Below are positions 10,628-21,409 of a stretch of DNA of 21,847 bases, piece after piece. Origin of the DNA: Octopus sinensis (Eukaryota); NCBI RefSeq assembly GCF_006345805.1, contig NW_021823695.1:1-21847 (forward strand), in the 5' to 3' direction. The notes under the pieces are model-generated. The model searched no databases. It worked only from the letters and a program-made list of their open reading frames with translations, and had not been told where the DNA came from. The position numbers and the translations under genes are program-made. Each line of letters opens with the position of its first letter. Positions within the stretch are counted from its first letter, which is position 1.

Positions 10628-11036
10628 AGGCGCAGGAGTGGCTGTGTGGTAAGTAGCTTGTTTACCAACCACATGGTTCCGGGTTCAGTCCCACTGTGTG
10701 GCATCTTGGGCAAGTGTATTCTGCTATAGCCCCGGGCCGACCAATGCCTTTTGAGTGGATTTGGTAGGCGGAAACTGAAAGAAGCCTGTCGTATATATGT
10801 ATATATATAGATGTGTGTGGTGTGTGTTTGTGTGTCTGTGTTGTCCCCCTAGCATTGCTTGACAACCGATGCTGGTGTGTTTAGTCCCCGTCACTTAGCG
10901 GTTCGGCAAAAGAGACCGATAGAATAAGTACTGGGCTTACAAAGAATAAGTCCCGGGGTCGATTTGCTCGACTAAAGGCGGTGCTCCAGCATGGCCACAG
11001 TCAAATGACTGAAACAAGTAAAAGAGTAAAAGAGTA
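10628..11036 (+). mobile_element. SINE family A, full length (tRNA head, CORE-like domain, internal microsatellite, GTAAAAGA tail repeats)
   Basis: Six related copies in the window; Pol III box-like motifs; CCTTGGGCAAGT-like CORE motif; tandem tail AAGTAAAAGAGTAAAAGAGTA. Confidence 0.92.
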
Positions 11037-11213
11037 ATATATATATAATACAAAATGGGACAAGAACGCAAAACATCCGGACAACTAGGTGCTAGAAAAA
11101 GGGACAATAAAACATAGAGATAGACGATACAAAAAAACCCGGAGCAGGTTAGTGAGTATATTAGGTTCTCCGAAGCACATGTGAAGTTGCTTTTCACTGT
11201 AAACCGTTGTCCA

Positions 11214-11522
11214 TGTGCTTCGGAGAACCTAATATACTCACTAACCTGCTCCGGGTGTCAAGAGCAGTACATAGGCCAACACAAAAATAGTTTGCGTAAA
11301 CGAATGGCCCTGCACAGATCCCAGATAAAAATTCCCCAAAACAGAAAAAATAGCTTTTAGCCAAACAATAGATACTTGCGCCAACAAAAAAACACCAAGC
11401 TTCAGGATTTCCCCCCTCTACCAATTTAGGGACGATACAACCTCGAGACAACAATAAGTAAAGAAACTCTCTTTATCACAAAATACAGGCCACTTCTTAA
11501 CGGGTCTACGACAAACAATTAA
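11214..11522 (+). pseudogene. GIY-YIG endonuclease domain remnant (Penelope type)
   Basis: CASENLIYSLTCSGCQEQYIGQHKNSLRKRMALHRSQI (IY..CxxC..YIG, R..H), then after frameshifts KETLFITKYRPLLN. Confidence 0.88.
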
Positions 11523-11699
11523 TATACCTCAACTTTAGAATAAAAGAAATATTACACACACAAAAATATTACATTCAAAGAATCCATTACTAATCAGCCC
11601 CCAATCACAGCTATACTCCATAACATGCCAACTTCAAGTCATAACAACACCTCACTACTTTCAACCCCCATTCATATTCTCCCTTCTCTGTTTTTTCTT

Positions 11700-11731
<32 letters not shown>

Positions 11732-12284
11732 ATCATCATTACATTATTCATCATCGTCGTCATCATCATCACCACCATCATCATCATCATCATCTTCTCC
11801 TTCTCCTTCTCTTATTCTTCTTCTTCTTCCTTTCTTCTTCTTCATCAGCATCATCATCAACATCGTCATCGTCATCTTCTTCTTCTCTTTCTTCTTCTTC
11901 TTCTTCTTCTTCTACTTCTCCACCTTCTACCCTTAACTTTGTCACTAATTTTTTAGTATAACACCTACGCAAATTCCATAAAGAAGCCTTTCAATAGAAA
12001 TATTCTCCTGAATTGAACTGCGACTGCTAGCCGGCCACTGACCATTCAAAATACGACCATCAGGGCACTCCCAGATTTTCCCACCCCCTTTCCTCATCAG
12101 CATCTTCTCTCTTCTTCTTCTTCTACCCTACCAAGAACTCACAACGACCTCCAACACACAAGTGCAAACAAAAGGGAGTCAGAGAAAGGCAGAATGCCAC
12201 TTATATCTGAACACTACTATAGAAATATTCCTTTAAAAAAAAACTTTTCTTCTAATTTTTCTAAATTTAATTATTTAATCGTTA

Positions 12285-12322
12285 CAGTTGAAAAGGTCTC
12301 AAAATGACCGAAACCGGTACTG
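12285..12322 (+). ncRNA. Degenerate minimal type I hammerhead ribozyme motif
   Basis: CAG-[TTGAAAA vs CTGANGA, 2 mismatches]-GGTC-tcaaaat-GACC-GAA-ACCGGT-A-CTG: 3-bp stem I, 4-bp stem II, palindromic stem III, GUA triplet. Confidence 0.6.
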
Positions 12323-12366
12323 AAAGATTCACTATAAAATTATCTTAGCATTTTCTATTTTGACTT

Positions 12367-12548
<182 letters not shown>

Positions 12549-12899
12549 GGCCATCACCAGTCTTACTGTAATACAAAAACAGTTTACTTTCAGGTTCGCA
12601 ATGAATTGAAAGCAATGAAACTGCATCTGAAGTGTGATGTGATGTTTAAAATGTTTACATTTAATTATAGCTAAAGATAATGTTGGAAATTTAAAAGAAA
12701 AGCTAATATAACTTTCCATTTTATTAAAAGACAATAATGCTTCATATTTACAATAAATATATTTTTGTAAAGTGAAAATAAAAGCTATAACTACCGCAGA
12801 ATCGAAGCCTTTTAAAAATCTTTCATAATACAAATATTTATAACTTTGTCAGCAGTTTCTCTCTTTTTCAGTGTAGAATTAATGTTATGAAAGCGTGTA

Positions 12900-12902
<3 letters not shown>

Positions 12903-12972
<70 letters not shown>
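12903..12972. repeat. (CA)n microsatellite
   Basis: Seen directly. Confidence 0.95.
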
Positions 12973-12974
<2 letters not shown>

Positions 12975-13121
12975 TGCATACATGCATACACATGCATTTA
13001 TTTACAAACATATAAATGCATATGCTGAGATTGATATAAACATATATATATATATATACACGCACACATATACATATGACACACAAACACACACAAATAC
13101 ACGTATGAAATATGTATGTAT

Positions 13122-13316
13122 AGGCGCAGGCGTGGCTGTGTGGTAAGAAGCTTGGTTCCCAACCACATGGTTCCGGGTTCAGTGCCACTGCATGCCACCT
13201 TGACCAAGTATCTTAGCCTTGGGCCGACCAAAGCCTTGTCAGTGGATTTGGTAGACATAAACTTAAAGAAGCCCATCATATATGTACATATATATATATA
13301 TATATAATATATATAT

Positions 13317-13371
<55 letters not shown>

Positions 13372-13585
13372 TATAAATGTATATGTTCGTGTGTCTGTGT
13401 TTGTCACACCATCATCGATTGACAACCGATGTTGGTGTTTTACGACCCCGTAACTTAGCGGTTCAGCAAGAGGATCCGATAGAATAAGTACTAGGCTTCC
13501 CAAGAAGTCCTGGGGTCGATTCGCTCCACTAAAGGCGGTGCTCCATCATGGCTGCAGCCAAATGGCTGAAACAAATAAAAGAATA
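13122..13585 (+). mobile_element. SINE family A, full length with expanded internal (TA)n
   Basis: Colinear with 10628-11036. Confidence 0.92.
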
Positions 13586-13687
13586 TATAAATATACGTAT
13601 GTATGTATGTATGTATGTATGTATGTATGTATGTATGTATGTATGTATGTATGTATGTATGTATGTATGTATGTGTGTATATGTATA

Positions 13688-13836
13688 TATATAATTATAA
13701 CAATAAGGGTTTACAACAAGTTGCATGACCACATACCGAAAATTTTAGAAATAGCAGCCAAAGGACTACTATTTCCTTTTTCTACAAAAATATGTCTCCA
13801 AACCCTGTTGAAAACCCTTATTGTTATAATTATATA
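13688..13836. repeat. 25-bp perfect inverted repeat flanking a 99-bp spacer
   Basis: TATATAATTATAACAATAAGGGTTT (13688-13712) / AAACCCTTATTGTTATAATTATATA (13812-13836). Confidence 0.85.
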
Positions 13837-13933
13837 ATTTTTACCGAATATGGTCCTTTTCACAGAAAGAATATACTAGGTGAAATCTGTTGATTTTATT
13901 AAATTAATATCTTTCACCTATATCTATAATGAG

Positions 13934-14212
<279 letters not shown>

Positions 14213-14388
14213 GAAGGCGCAATGGCTCAGTTGTTAGGGCAGCGGTCTCGGGGTCGTAGGATCGTAGTTTCGATTCCCAGACCGAGCATTGTGAGTGGTT
14301 ATGGAGCGAAAACACCTAAAGCTCCATGAGGCTCCAGCAGGGGGTGGTGGAGATCCCTGCTGTACTCTCTACCACAACTTTCTCTCAC
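14213..14388 (+). mobile_element. SINE family B, 5' half
   Basis: Colinear with 15094-15270. Confidence 0.88.
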
Positions 14389-14392
14389 GGTG

Positions 14393-14615
14393 ATCATAGC
14401 CATGCGTTGAGAGGATTTCTTTGGGGTTTGAATAGTTCATCTCTGGAAACATGGGTGATTCTTTCAACAACTTGAAACAACCTTTATTCAGGGACCTTTT
14501 GAGCAGAATGGGCTACTCTACCTGAAGAAAATTCTAACTGGGTCCCACCTGCAAGGGCATGCGCTGTTTATCTAGATATGAGATCACCATGTTGCCCACA
14601 TAGGGTAATGATGCA
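14393..14615 (+). mobile_element. Unclassified repeat family D, internal fragment
   Basis: Colinear with 17317-17522. Confidence 0.85.
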
Positions 14616-14703
14616 CGGCGGAATTTGAACTCAGAACGTAACGGCAGACGAAATACGGCTACGCATTTCCCCCGGCGTGCTAACGATTCTGCCAGCTCTC
14701 ACC
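14616..14703 (-). mobile_element. SINE family C, tRNA-like head
   Basis: Minus strand TGGCAGAATCGTTAGC...GAGTTCAAATTCCGCC; matches 18426-18516 and 21260-21350. Confidence 0.85.
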
Positions 14704-14920
14704 ATCCAATCCGAAGAAACATCTGGAAACTTTAGAAATACCCTACAATCTAGGTATTGCAAAAATCGGCATTACTTGGAACAGTACGCATATTGTGTAA
14801 AGTAGTCTGTCTGTCTGAGGTCTTTGTTGTGACTTGACAGACAGTACAAGCCCCCTGCAGACACGATATCTTCAATCAACAACATTACGATATTGGATAC
14901 TTTGCAACGTCTTAAATATT
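14704..14920 (+). mobile_element. R4/Dong-type LINE extreme 3' end
   Basis: KKHLETLEIPYNL / LQKSALLGTVRILCKV C-terminal motif, short UTR, (AAT)n tail. Confidence 0.65.
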
Positions 14921-14932
14921 AATAATAATAAT

Positions 14933-15584
14933 ATAGCACAAAGATAAGAGAGCTTCATACACAGTAACAAACAAAGAAATATCTAAGTGAATTCCAAATA
15001 CAACAAGTACCAGAATTAGACGTACTGGAAACAAACACAGAAAAAGCTAAGCGTGTGAAAACCCGTGCTAAAACTGCTACATTAGATATATGTGGAGGCG
15101 CAATGACCCAGTGGTTAGGGCAGCGGACTCGCGGTCGTAGGATCGCGGTTTCGATTCCCAGACCGGGCGTTGTGAGTGTTTATTGAGCGAAAACGCCTAA
15201 AGCTCCACGAGGCTCCGGCAGGGGATGGTGGTGATCTCTGCTGTACTCTTTCAACACAACTTTCTCTCACTCTTACTTTCTGTTCTGTTTGTACCTGTAT
15301 TTCAAAGGCCGGCCTTGTCACTCTCTGTCACGCTGAATATCCCCGAGAAATACGTTAAGCGTACACGTGTCTGTGGAGTGCTCAGCCACTTACACGTTAA
15401 TTTCACGAGCAGGCTGTTCCGTTGATCGGATCAACCGGAACCCTCGTCGTCGTAACCGACGGAGTGCTTCCACCTTAGATATTCTTATTGATAAATGGCA
15501 AGAAAGACTTCTCAATGGCAAATACCCAAAGAGAGCTAATGATGCCGATGTTGAAGTTCTGGCTTAAAATCAGATACAGAAGGA
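14933..15584 (+). mobile_element. R4/Dong-type LINE internal fragment interrupted by a SINE
   Basis: With the SINE removed it reads EKAKRVKTRAKTATLDILIDKWQERLLNGKYPKRANDADV..SSGLKSDTEG. Confidence 0.75.
15090..15474 (+). mobile_element. SINE family B, full length, with 8-bp TSD
   Basis: TTAGATAT at 15082-15089 and 15475-15482; tRNA-like head from 15094. Confidence 0.92.
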
Positions 15585-16330
15585 ATTGGCTGATGAAAGG
15601 AACTCTTAAAAAAACGAGACCAAGAGCACTCTACTGGCAGCGCATGGCCAAGCTTTGCAATGAAATGGAGGGTCAACCTTAAAAATGAGCAAGTGTCTCC
15701 GCTGTGTCGCATCTGCAATAGAGTGGATGAAACCATTGCCCACATCACGAACGAATGTTCTAGGCGCCACGACCAGGTAGCGAAAGTGCTACATTGGAAA
15801 CTGTGTGAAACGTGGGGGCTATAGAGAGGCAAGACGTGGTATGAGCCCGAACCGCAGAGAGTGGTGGAGTGGGAGACTAGCAAAATCCTCTAGGATTTCC
15901 CAATCCACACAGATCAGGTTTTAGAGCATAGTGGTGGTGGACAAAGTGCACCACATATGCTATATAGTTGATATTGCATGCCCCTTTGACCTACGAATAA
16001 TCAAGAAGGAAGGCGAAAAGATAGATAGATACAACATTCTTAAGTACAAAATATCCCAGCTATGGAATATTAGTACCAGTTAGTATCAATTATTGTTGTG
16101 TCCTTGGGAACAGTATCAGAAGGCATCAAGAGGAATATAAAGGAAATTGGAATAGACTGCCCAGCAGAACTGTCACAAAATATTTGCCTCATTGGTACGG
16201 CCAGAATAATCAGGAAAATGTTAGATGGCTGAAAAGAACGAATAGTATGGTACCGTAGTCTGCAGGTAGTATGCCCGCTACGCACTCAAGACTCTAAGAG
16301 CTCTAACAAAACCTGTAATAAAGAGAAAAT
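15585..16330 (+). mobile_element. R4/Dong-type LINE 3' part (CCHC knuckle and restriction-like endonuclease), decayed
   Basis: WLMKGTLKK, CRICNRVDETIAHITNEC, RHDQVAKVLHWKLC, IVDIACPFD, EKIDRY, GTARIIRKMLDG stop (16230-16232), (AAT)n tail. Confidence 0.9.
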
Positions 16331-17083
16331 AATAATAATGATAATAATAATTACTATTATTATAAACATTATTTCAAAGAACTTTAATTGTTTTTCCCAT
16401 TGATGCTGCCAAATAATCTTAACAGCTCTTCTTGTTTAAATCAAAGCAGTTAGCAATTTACGCTTTCGGGCTTCTATATTAATTAATATGTAGAAATTAA
16501 TCTTGTCGAAAAATAACTAAAAAAAACGTGGTAGACAATCTAATGTAATTTTATATATTTAAGTAACGAACATTTTTATAGTTTGAAGATATACAATCGC
16601 ACTACGGCTCCAAACTCGACATTCATAAAATAATTGCGTGATAATATTAGCACTATTATATAATATCAAGTGTTTATATCTTAAATAGTAATTCTAATTT
16701 TAAATATAATTTTACTAAGGCGCCATGCTGTGATCATGTTTCTTTGGCGAATACTTTAGATTAGTTATCCATTTCGAAATTGATTGTAAGAAAATACCGA
16801 GAATTTTAACAGCCATTTGTTTTTTGGTGGCATAAATAAATGGTTAAATATATTTTATTACATTGATAATTGATTGACTGCGTTGAGGAAATGAAAAAAG
16901 AGCTGCGTCTTTTAGGAGGATCAAATTGTTTGTCTTCGCTCATTTTACTGGAATTGATAAGAGTTGTACAAAATTTTTATTTTTAATTTTAACCTGTTTC
17001 TTTAATAGCCACAAAGGCTGCAAAATATTTAGGACAATACAAAAAGACAAAAGAATGGTGATGATTTACATAAAAGCTTATAT

Positions 17084-17174
17084 AACAATAATAATAATAA
17101 TAATAATGATAATAATAATAATAATAATATAATAATAATAATAATAATATAATAATAATAATAATAATAATAAT
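17084..17174. repeat. (AAT)n microsatellite
   Basis: Seen directly. Confidence 0.95.
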
Positions 17175-17626
17175 GGTATAAAAGATGGGCTACAGCAAAT
17201 ATTCTGCTCAATACCAGATTTGCTTGTCAGTTGTTTGACCTTAACCAGTTGAGCATGTCCCTTAGTGGCTGACGATATGTGCATCTCTGATCACGAGCAG
17301 AAGTAGTGGGGGAGCATCATAGCCATGTGTTGAGAGGGATTCTTTTGGGTTTGAATAATGGGTGGTTCTTTCAACATCCTTAAACAACCCTTATTCAGGG
17401 ACCTTTTGAGTGGGATGGGCTACTCAACCTGAAGAAAATTCTAACTGGGCGCCACCTGCAAGGTCATGTGCTGTTTATCTTGATATGAGATCACCATGTC
17501 GCGCACATATGGTTGTGATGCATGTGCCTGGTGTAACCTTATCAGACGGGTAGTCATGATGGGTATAGTGGGCTTCGTATATTTTACCCCAGTGTCACTT
17601 TGATAGCATGCACTGCTCTCTCATTC
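17175..17626 (+). mobile_element. Unclassified repeat family D, longest copy, (AAT)n on both sides
   Basis: Three copies in the window; two end at CTCTCA(C/T)TC followed by (AAT)n. Confidence 0.85.
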
Positions 17627-17632
17627 AATAAT

Positions 17633-17695
<63 letters not shown>

Positions 17696-17963
17696 CAACA
17701 ACAACAACAATAATAACAATAATAATAAGGATAATAATAATAATGATTTCATTTATTTGCCACGAGGGTGAAAGATGAGAGGGACAATACAGAGACAGGC
17801 ATAAAGTGTGAGAAGCTTACATATAATAACGAAATGACAAAAAACAGTGTATACGCGGCATACATTGGGAAACAGGAGACATATGCACAGCATACAGAGG
17901 TACAAAAAGAAAATAAAAAATAATATTGGTAATGATAATGATTTCAAATTTTTACCCAAGCTT

Positions 17964-18338
17964 AGGAGTGGCTTTATGGTAAGTAGCTTGCTTAACAACC
18001 ACATAGTTCCGGGTTCAGTCCCACTTGGGCAAGTGTCTTCTACTATAGCCTTGGGCCGACCAAAGCCTTCTGAGTGGATTTGGTTGACGGAAACTGAAAG
18101 AAGCCCGTCGTATATATGTATGTGTGTATATATATTTGTGTATCTGTGTTTGTCCCCCCAACATCGCTTGACAACCGATGGTGGTGTATTTATGTCCCCG
18201 TAACTAAGCGGTTCGACAAAAGAGACTGATAGAATAAGTACTAGGCTTCCAAAGAATAAGTCTTGGAGTCGATTTGCTCGACTAAAGGCGGAGCTCCAGC
18301 ATGGCCGCAGTCAAATGACTGAAACAAGTAAAAGAGTA
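17964..18338 (+). mobile_element. SINE family A, near full length
   Basis: Colinear with 10628-11036. Confidence 0.92.
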
Positions 18339-18516
18339 AGGGCAGCTTTGGAGAGGGGATTAAGACGATTACATCAGGTACTTATTTAATCGACTACGAA
18401 AGGATGAAAGGCAACATGTCGACCTCGGTGGAATTTGAACTCAGAACGTAGCGGCAGACGAAATATCGTTAAGCATTTCTCCCGGCGTGCTAACGATTCT
18501 GCCAACCCGGCACCTT
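18339..18516 (-). mobile_element. SINE family C
   Basis: tRNA-like head plus central GCCTTTCATCCTTTCG..GTCGAT motif on the minus strand; homologous to 21137-21350. Confidence 0.85.
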
Positions 18517-18517
18517 T

Positions 18518-18592
<75 letters not shown>

Positions 18593-18599
18593 ATAATAA

Positions 18600-18942
18600 T
18601 GATCACGAGCAGATGTAGGGGAGAGCATCATAGTCCTGCATTGAGAGGAATTCGTTGGGGTTTGGATAATTCACCTTTGGAAACACGGGTGTTTTGTTCA
18701 ACATCCTTAAACAGCCTTTATCTAGGGACCTTTTGAGCGGGATGGGCTACTCAACCTGAAGAAAATTCTAACTGGGCCCCACCTGCAAGGCCATGCGCTG
18801 TTTATCTTGATATGAGATCACTCTGTTGCACACATAGTTGTGATGCATGTGCCTGGTGTACTCTTATCAGGCGGGTAGTCATGATGGGCTTCATATATTT
18901 TATCTCAGTATCACTTTGATGACATGCACTGATCTCTCACTC
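18600..18942 (+). mobile_element. Unclassified repeat family D, 5'-truncated copy
   Basis: Colinear with 17288-17626; followed by (AAT)n to about 19022. Confidence 0.85.
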
Positions 18943-18949
18943 AATAATA

Positions 18950-19018
<69 letters not shown>

Positions 19019-19022
19019 TAAT

Positions 19023-20960
19023 GACTGAAGTAACAGAATACCTTATACCAAAAAATGAAGACTCAAAAATGCCAAAGAACTACCGATTAGTAACATGTCT
19101 CAGCACCACCTACAAGATCCTCATATCCATATAGACAGAATATACGTTTCCCTTGAACAGAAGTCTATCTTTTCATAAGCTCAAAAAGGCTGTAAAAGGA
19201 ATTCTCATGAGTACAAAAGCCAATTACTTATAAGTAAAATGATTGTAGAGAATTGTCGGAGCAAAACGAAAAACCCGAGTATGGCATGGATAAACTACAG
19301 GAAAGCGTTTTATAGTGTCCCACATAATTGGCTGCTCAACGCCCTTGAGATATATAAGATCTCTCTTGTCGTCTCCAAATTCTTAAAAGGTAGCAAGTGG
19401 AACACCTAAAACGTGGCCAAGTGGAACACACGTCTCCTTCTAAATCATAATAATGGGATGAGCCAATCTAACAACGTCAACATCAAACGAGGCATATTTC
19501 AAGGTGACACCCTCTCCCCATTACTCTTTTGCATGGCACTGATCCTACTCTCAAACGAACAAGAAGATGGTATACAACATGCTAGTATGAAGGAAAAAAT
19601 AAGAAAGGAGTGTTACAAGAGAGTAAGACTCATGCTAAAAGCTGAACTCAACGCGAAAAATCGCATCGAAGCCATTAACACTCTGACACTTCCAGTAACC
19701 CAATATAGTTTTAACATCATTAGTTAGAATCTTATAGAGATCCAACGCCTGGACAGGAAGACAAAAAAAAACAACCTACTAACATCTAAGAACATACACC
19801 ACCCAAAAACAGACGTTGATCATCTGTACCTACCTAGAAGTAACGGAGAAAGAGGAATGATGCAGGCAGAGTACTATAAAACCTCCACAATAGCAATGAA
19901 CACGTACTTATCTTCTACAGAGGGCTAGACGCTTGTGTGCAAACACGAAAGCAGCGAAAAATCACATTCTATTGTCAAGGTAGCATGCAAATTCGCAAGG
20001 GAACTTGGCATTAACCCTGAAATAGTTGAAGAACCTGAAACCACTGTCACAAAACGGATCAAGCAGACTTTAAAAAAGAACGGGCAGAAATAAATTGAGG
20101 GGCGGTGGTGCCAGAAGTCTCTGCATGGACAGTCAAGCAACAACCCATCAATAGTTTAGAAGTTTAGGACTGAAAGCAGAGACTGACGGTTTTATATTGG
20201 TGGCACAAGATCAAAGATTGCTTACAAAAAAACTACCAGGCTAACGTTCTTCAAAACGGTTCTGACCCTAAATGCAGATTCTGCGACACATTTGACGAAG
20301 CAATAGACAATCTCGTCTCGAGATGTCCGGTGCTGACACCATACGAATAGGAAAATCGCCATGATAGGGTAGGAAAGTATTTACAAAGGAAAATATGTAA
20401 ACATTACAAAATCAGCACTACTTCTTACTGGTATGAACATCATCCTGAGTCAGTCGTTGAAGGTTAAAATGCCACTATACTCAGGGATTTTCCAGGCAAC
20501 ACTGACAGAACGATCCAGGCTAATCGACCAGACATGATTATTAAAGACTGGGAAGAAAATACTTGTAGACTAATAGATGTAAGTGTTCCAACTGATGAAA
20601 ATATATCTGTAAATGAATTTGACAAATTAAGTATATATAGGGACTTGGAAACTGAAATACAAAAGTAGTGGCATCTTAAAGCGAGAACTGTTCCTGTTAT
20701 TGTAGGTGACATAGGTATGATAAAAAAGAGATGTCAGTAACATCTAGATAAGATCCCAGGTGAACTATGTCACGGAGAAAGCCAAAAGATTGTGCTGAGC
20801 TGACAAGTACTGCCCATATCCTTAGAAAAGCCCTTTCCATTTAGATGCCTGTATTGTATTAAATGAAGATATTTCGCTACATTTCGTATCCTTCACTCAC
20901 CCCAGGATGCTCGGTGTGCCTCGGCAAGTGATTGTAACAAACATGCAGATTAAAAGTAAA
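19023..20960 (+). mobile_element. R4/Dong-clade non-LTR retrotransposon, 5'-truncated and internally deleted (RT, CCHC, RLE)
   Basis: YLIPK..PKNYRLVTCLSTTYKIL, QKGC, MAWINYRKAFYSVPH, IKRGIFQGDTLSPLLFC, LYLPRSNG, GLKAETDGFILVAQDQ, CRFC, NRHDRV, ANRPDMIIKD, LIDVSVP, ILRKALSI stop (20842-20844), about 115-nt UTR; many stops and frameshifts. Confidence 0.93.
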
Positions 20961-21034
<74 letters not shown>

Positions 21035-21065
21035 ATACTACAGCTGCTGCTGCTGCTACTACTAA

Positions 21066-21114
<49 letters not shown>

Positions 21115-21136
21115 ATAATAATAATAATAATAATAA
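20961..21136. repeat. (TAC)n then (AAT)n microsatellite (LINE tail or target)
   Basis: Seen directly. Confidence 0.95.
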
Positions 21137-21350
21137 TCCTTTCTATTATACGAATAAGGCCTGAAATCTGATGGAGCGGGATAGTCGGTTACATTGACCC
21201 AAGTACTCAGCTGATACTTATTTTATCGACCTCGAAAGGATGAAAGGCAAAGTCGATCTCGGCGGAATTTGAACTCAGAACGTAAAAACAGACGAAATAC
21301 CGCTAAGCATTTCACCTGGCGTGCTAATGATTTTGCCAGCTCGCCGCCTT
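21137..21350 (-). mobile_element. SINE family C, near full length
   Basis: Pol III box-like head at the right end; flanked by (AAT)n on both sides. Confidence 0.88.
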
Positions 21351-21409
21351 AATAATAATAAAAACAACAACAACAACAACAACAATGATTATAATAATAA
21401 TAATATATA

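Larger units (their letters stand above)
11137..12360 (+). mobile_element. Penelope-like element, 5'-truncated: GIY-YIG remnant, 3' UTR and hammerhead-like motif
   Basis: GIY-YIG coding remnant at 11214-11522, 5' inverted duplication, and a minimal hammerhead pattern at 12285-12322. Continuity across the microsatellites at 11690-11930 is inferred. Confidence 0.75.

Noticed and set aside
15094-15170. tRNA gene
   Set aside because: tRNA-like head continues into a multi-copy body with a TSD, so it is a SINE; the same applies to the other heads.
17745-17930. Possible antisense LINE 3' tail
   Set aside because: Only a vague resemblance; single copy here and no coding remnant.
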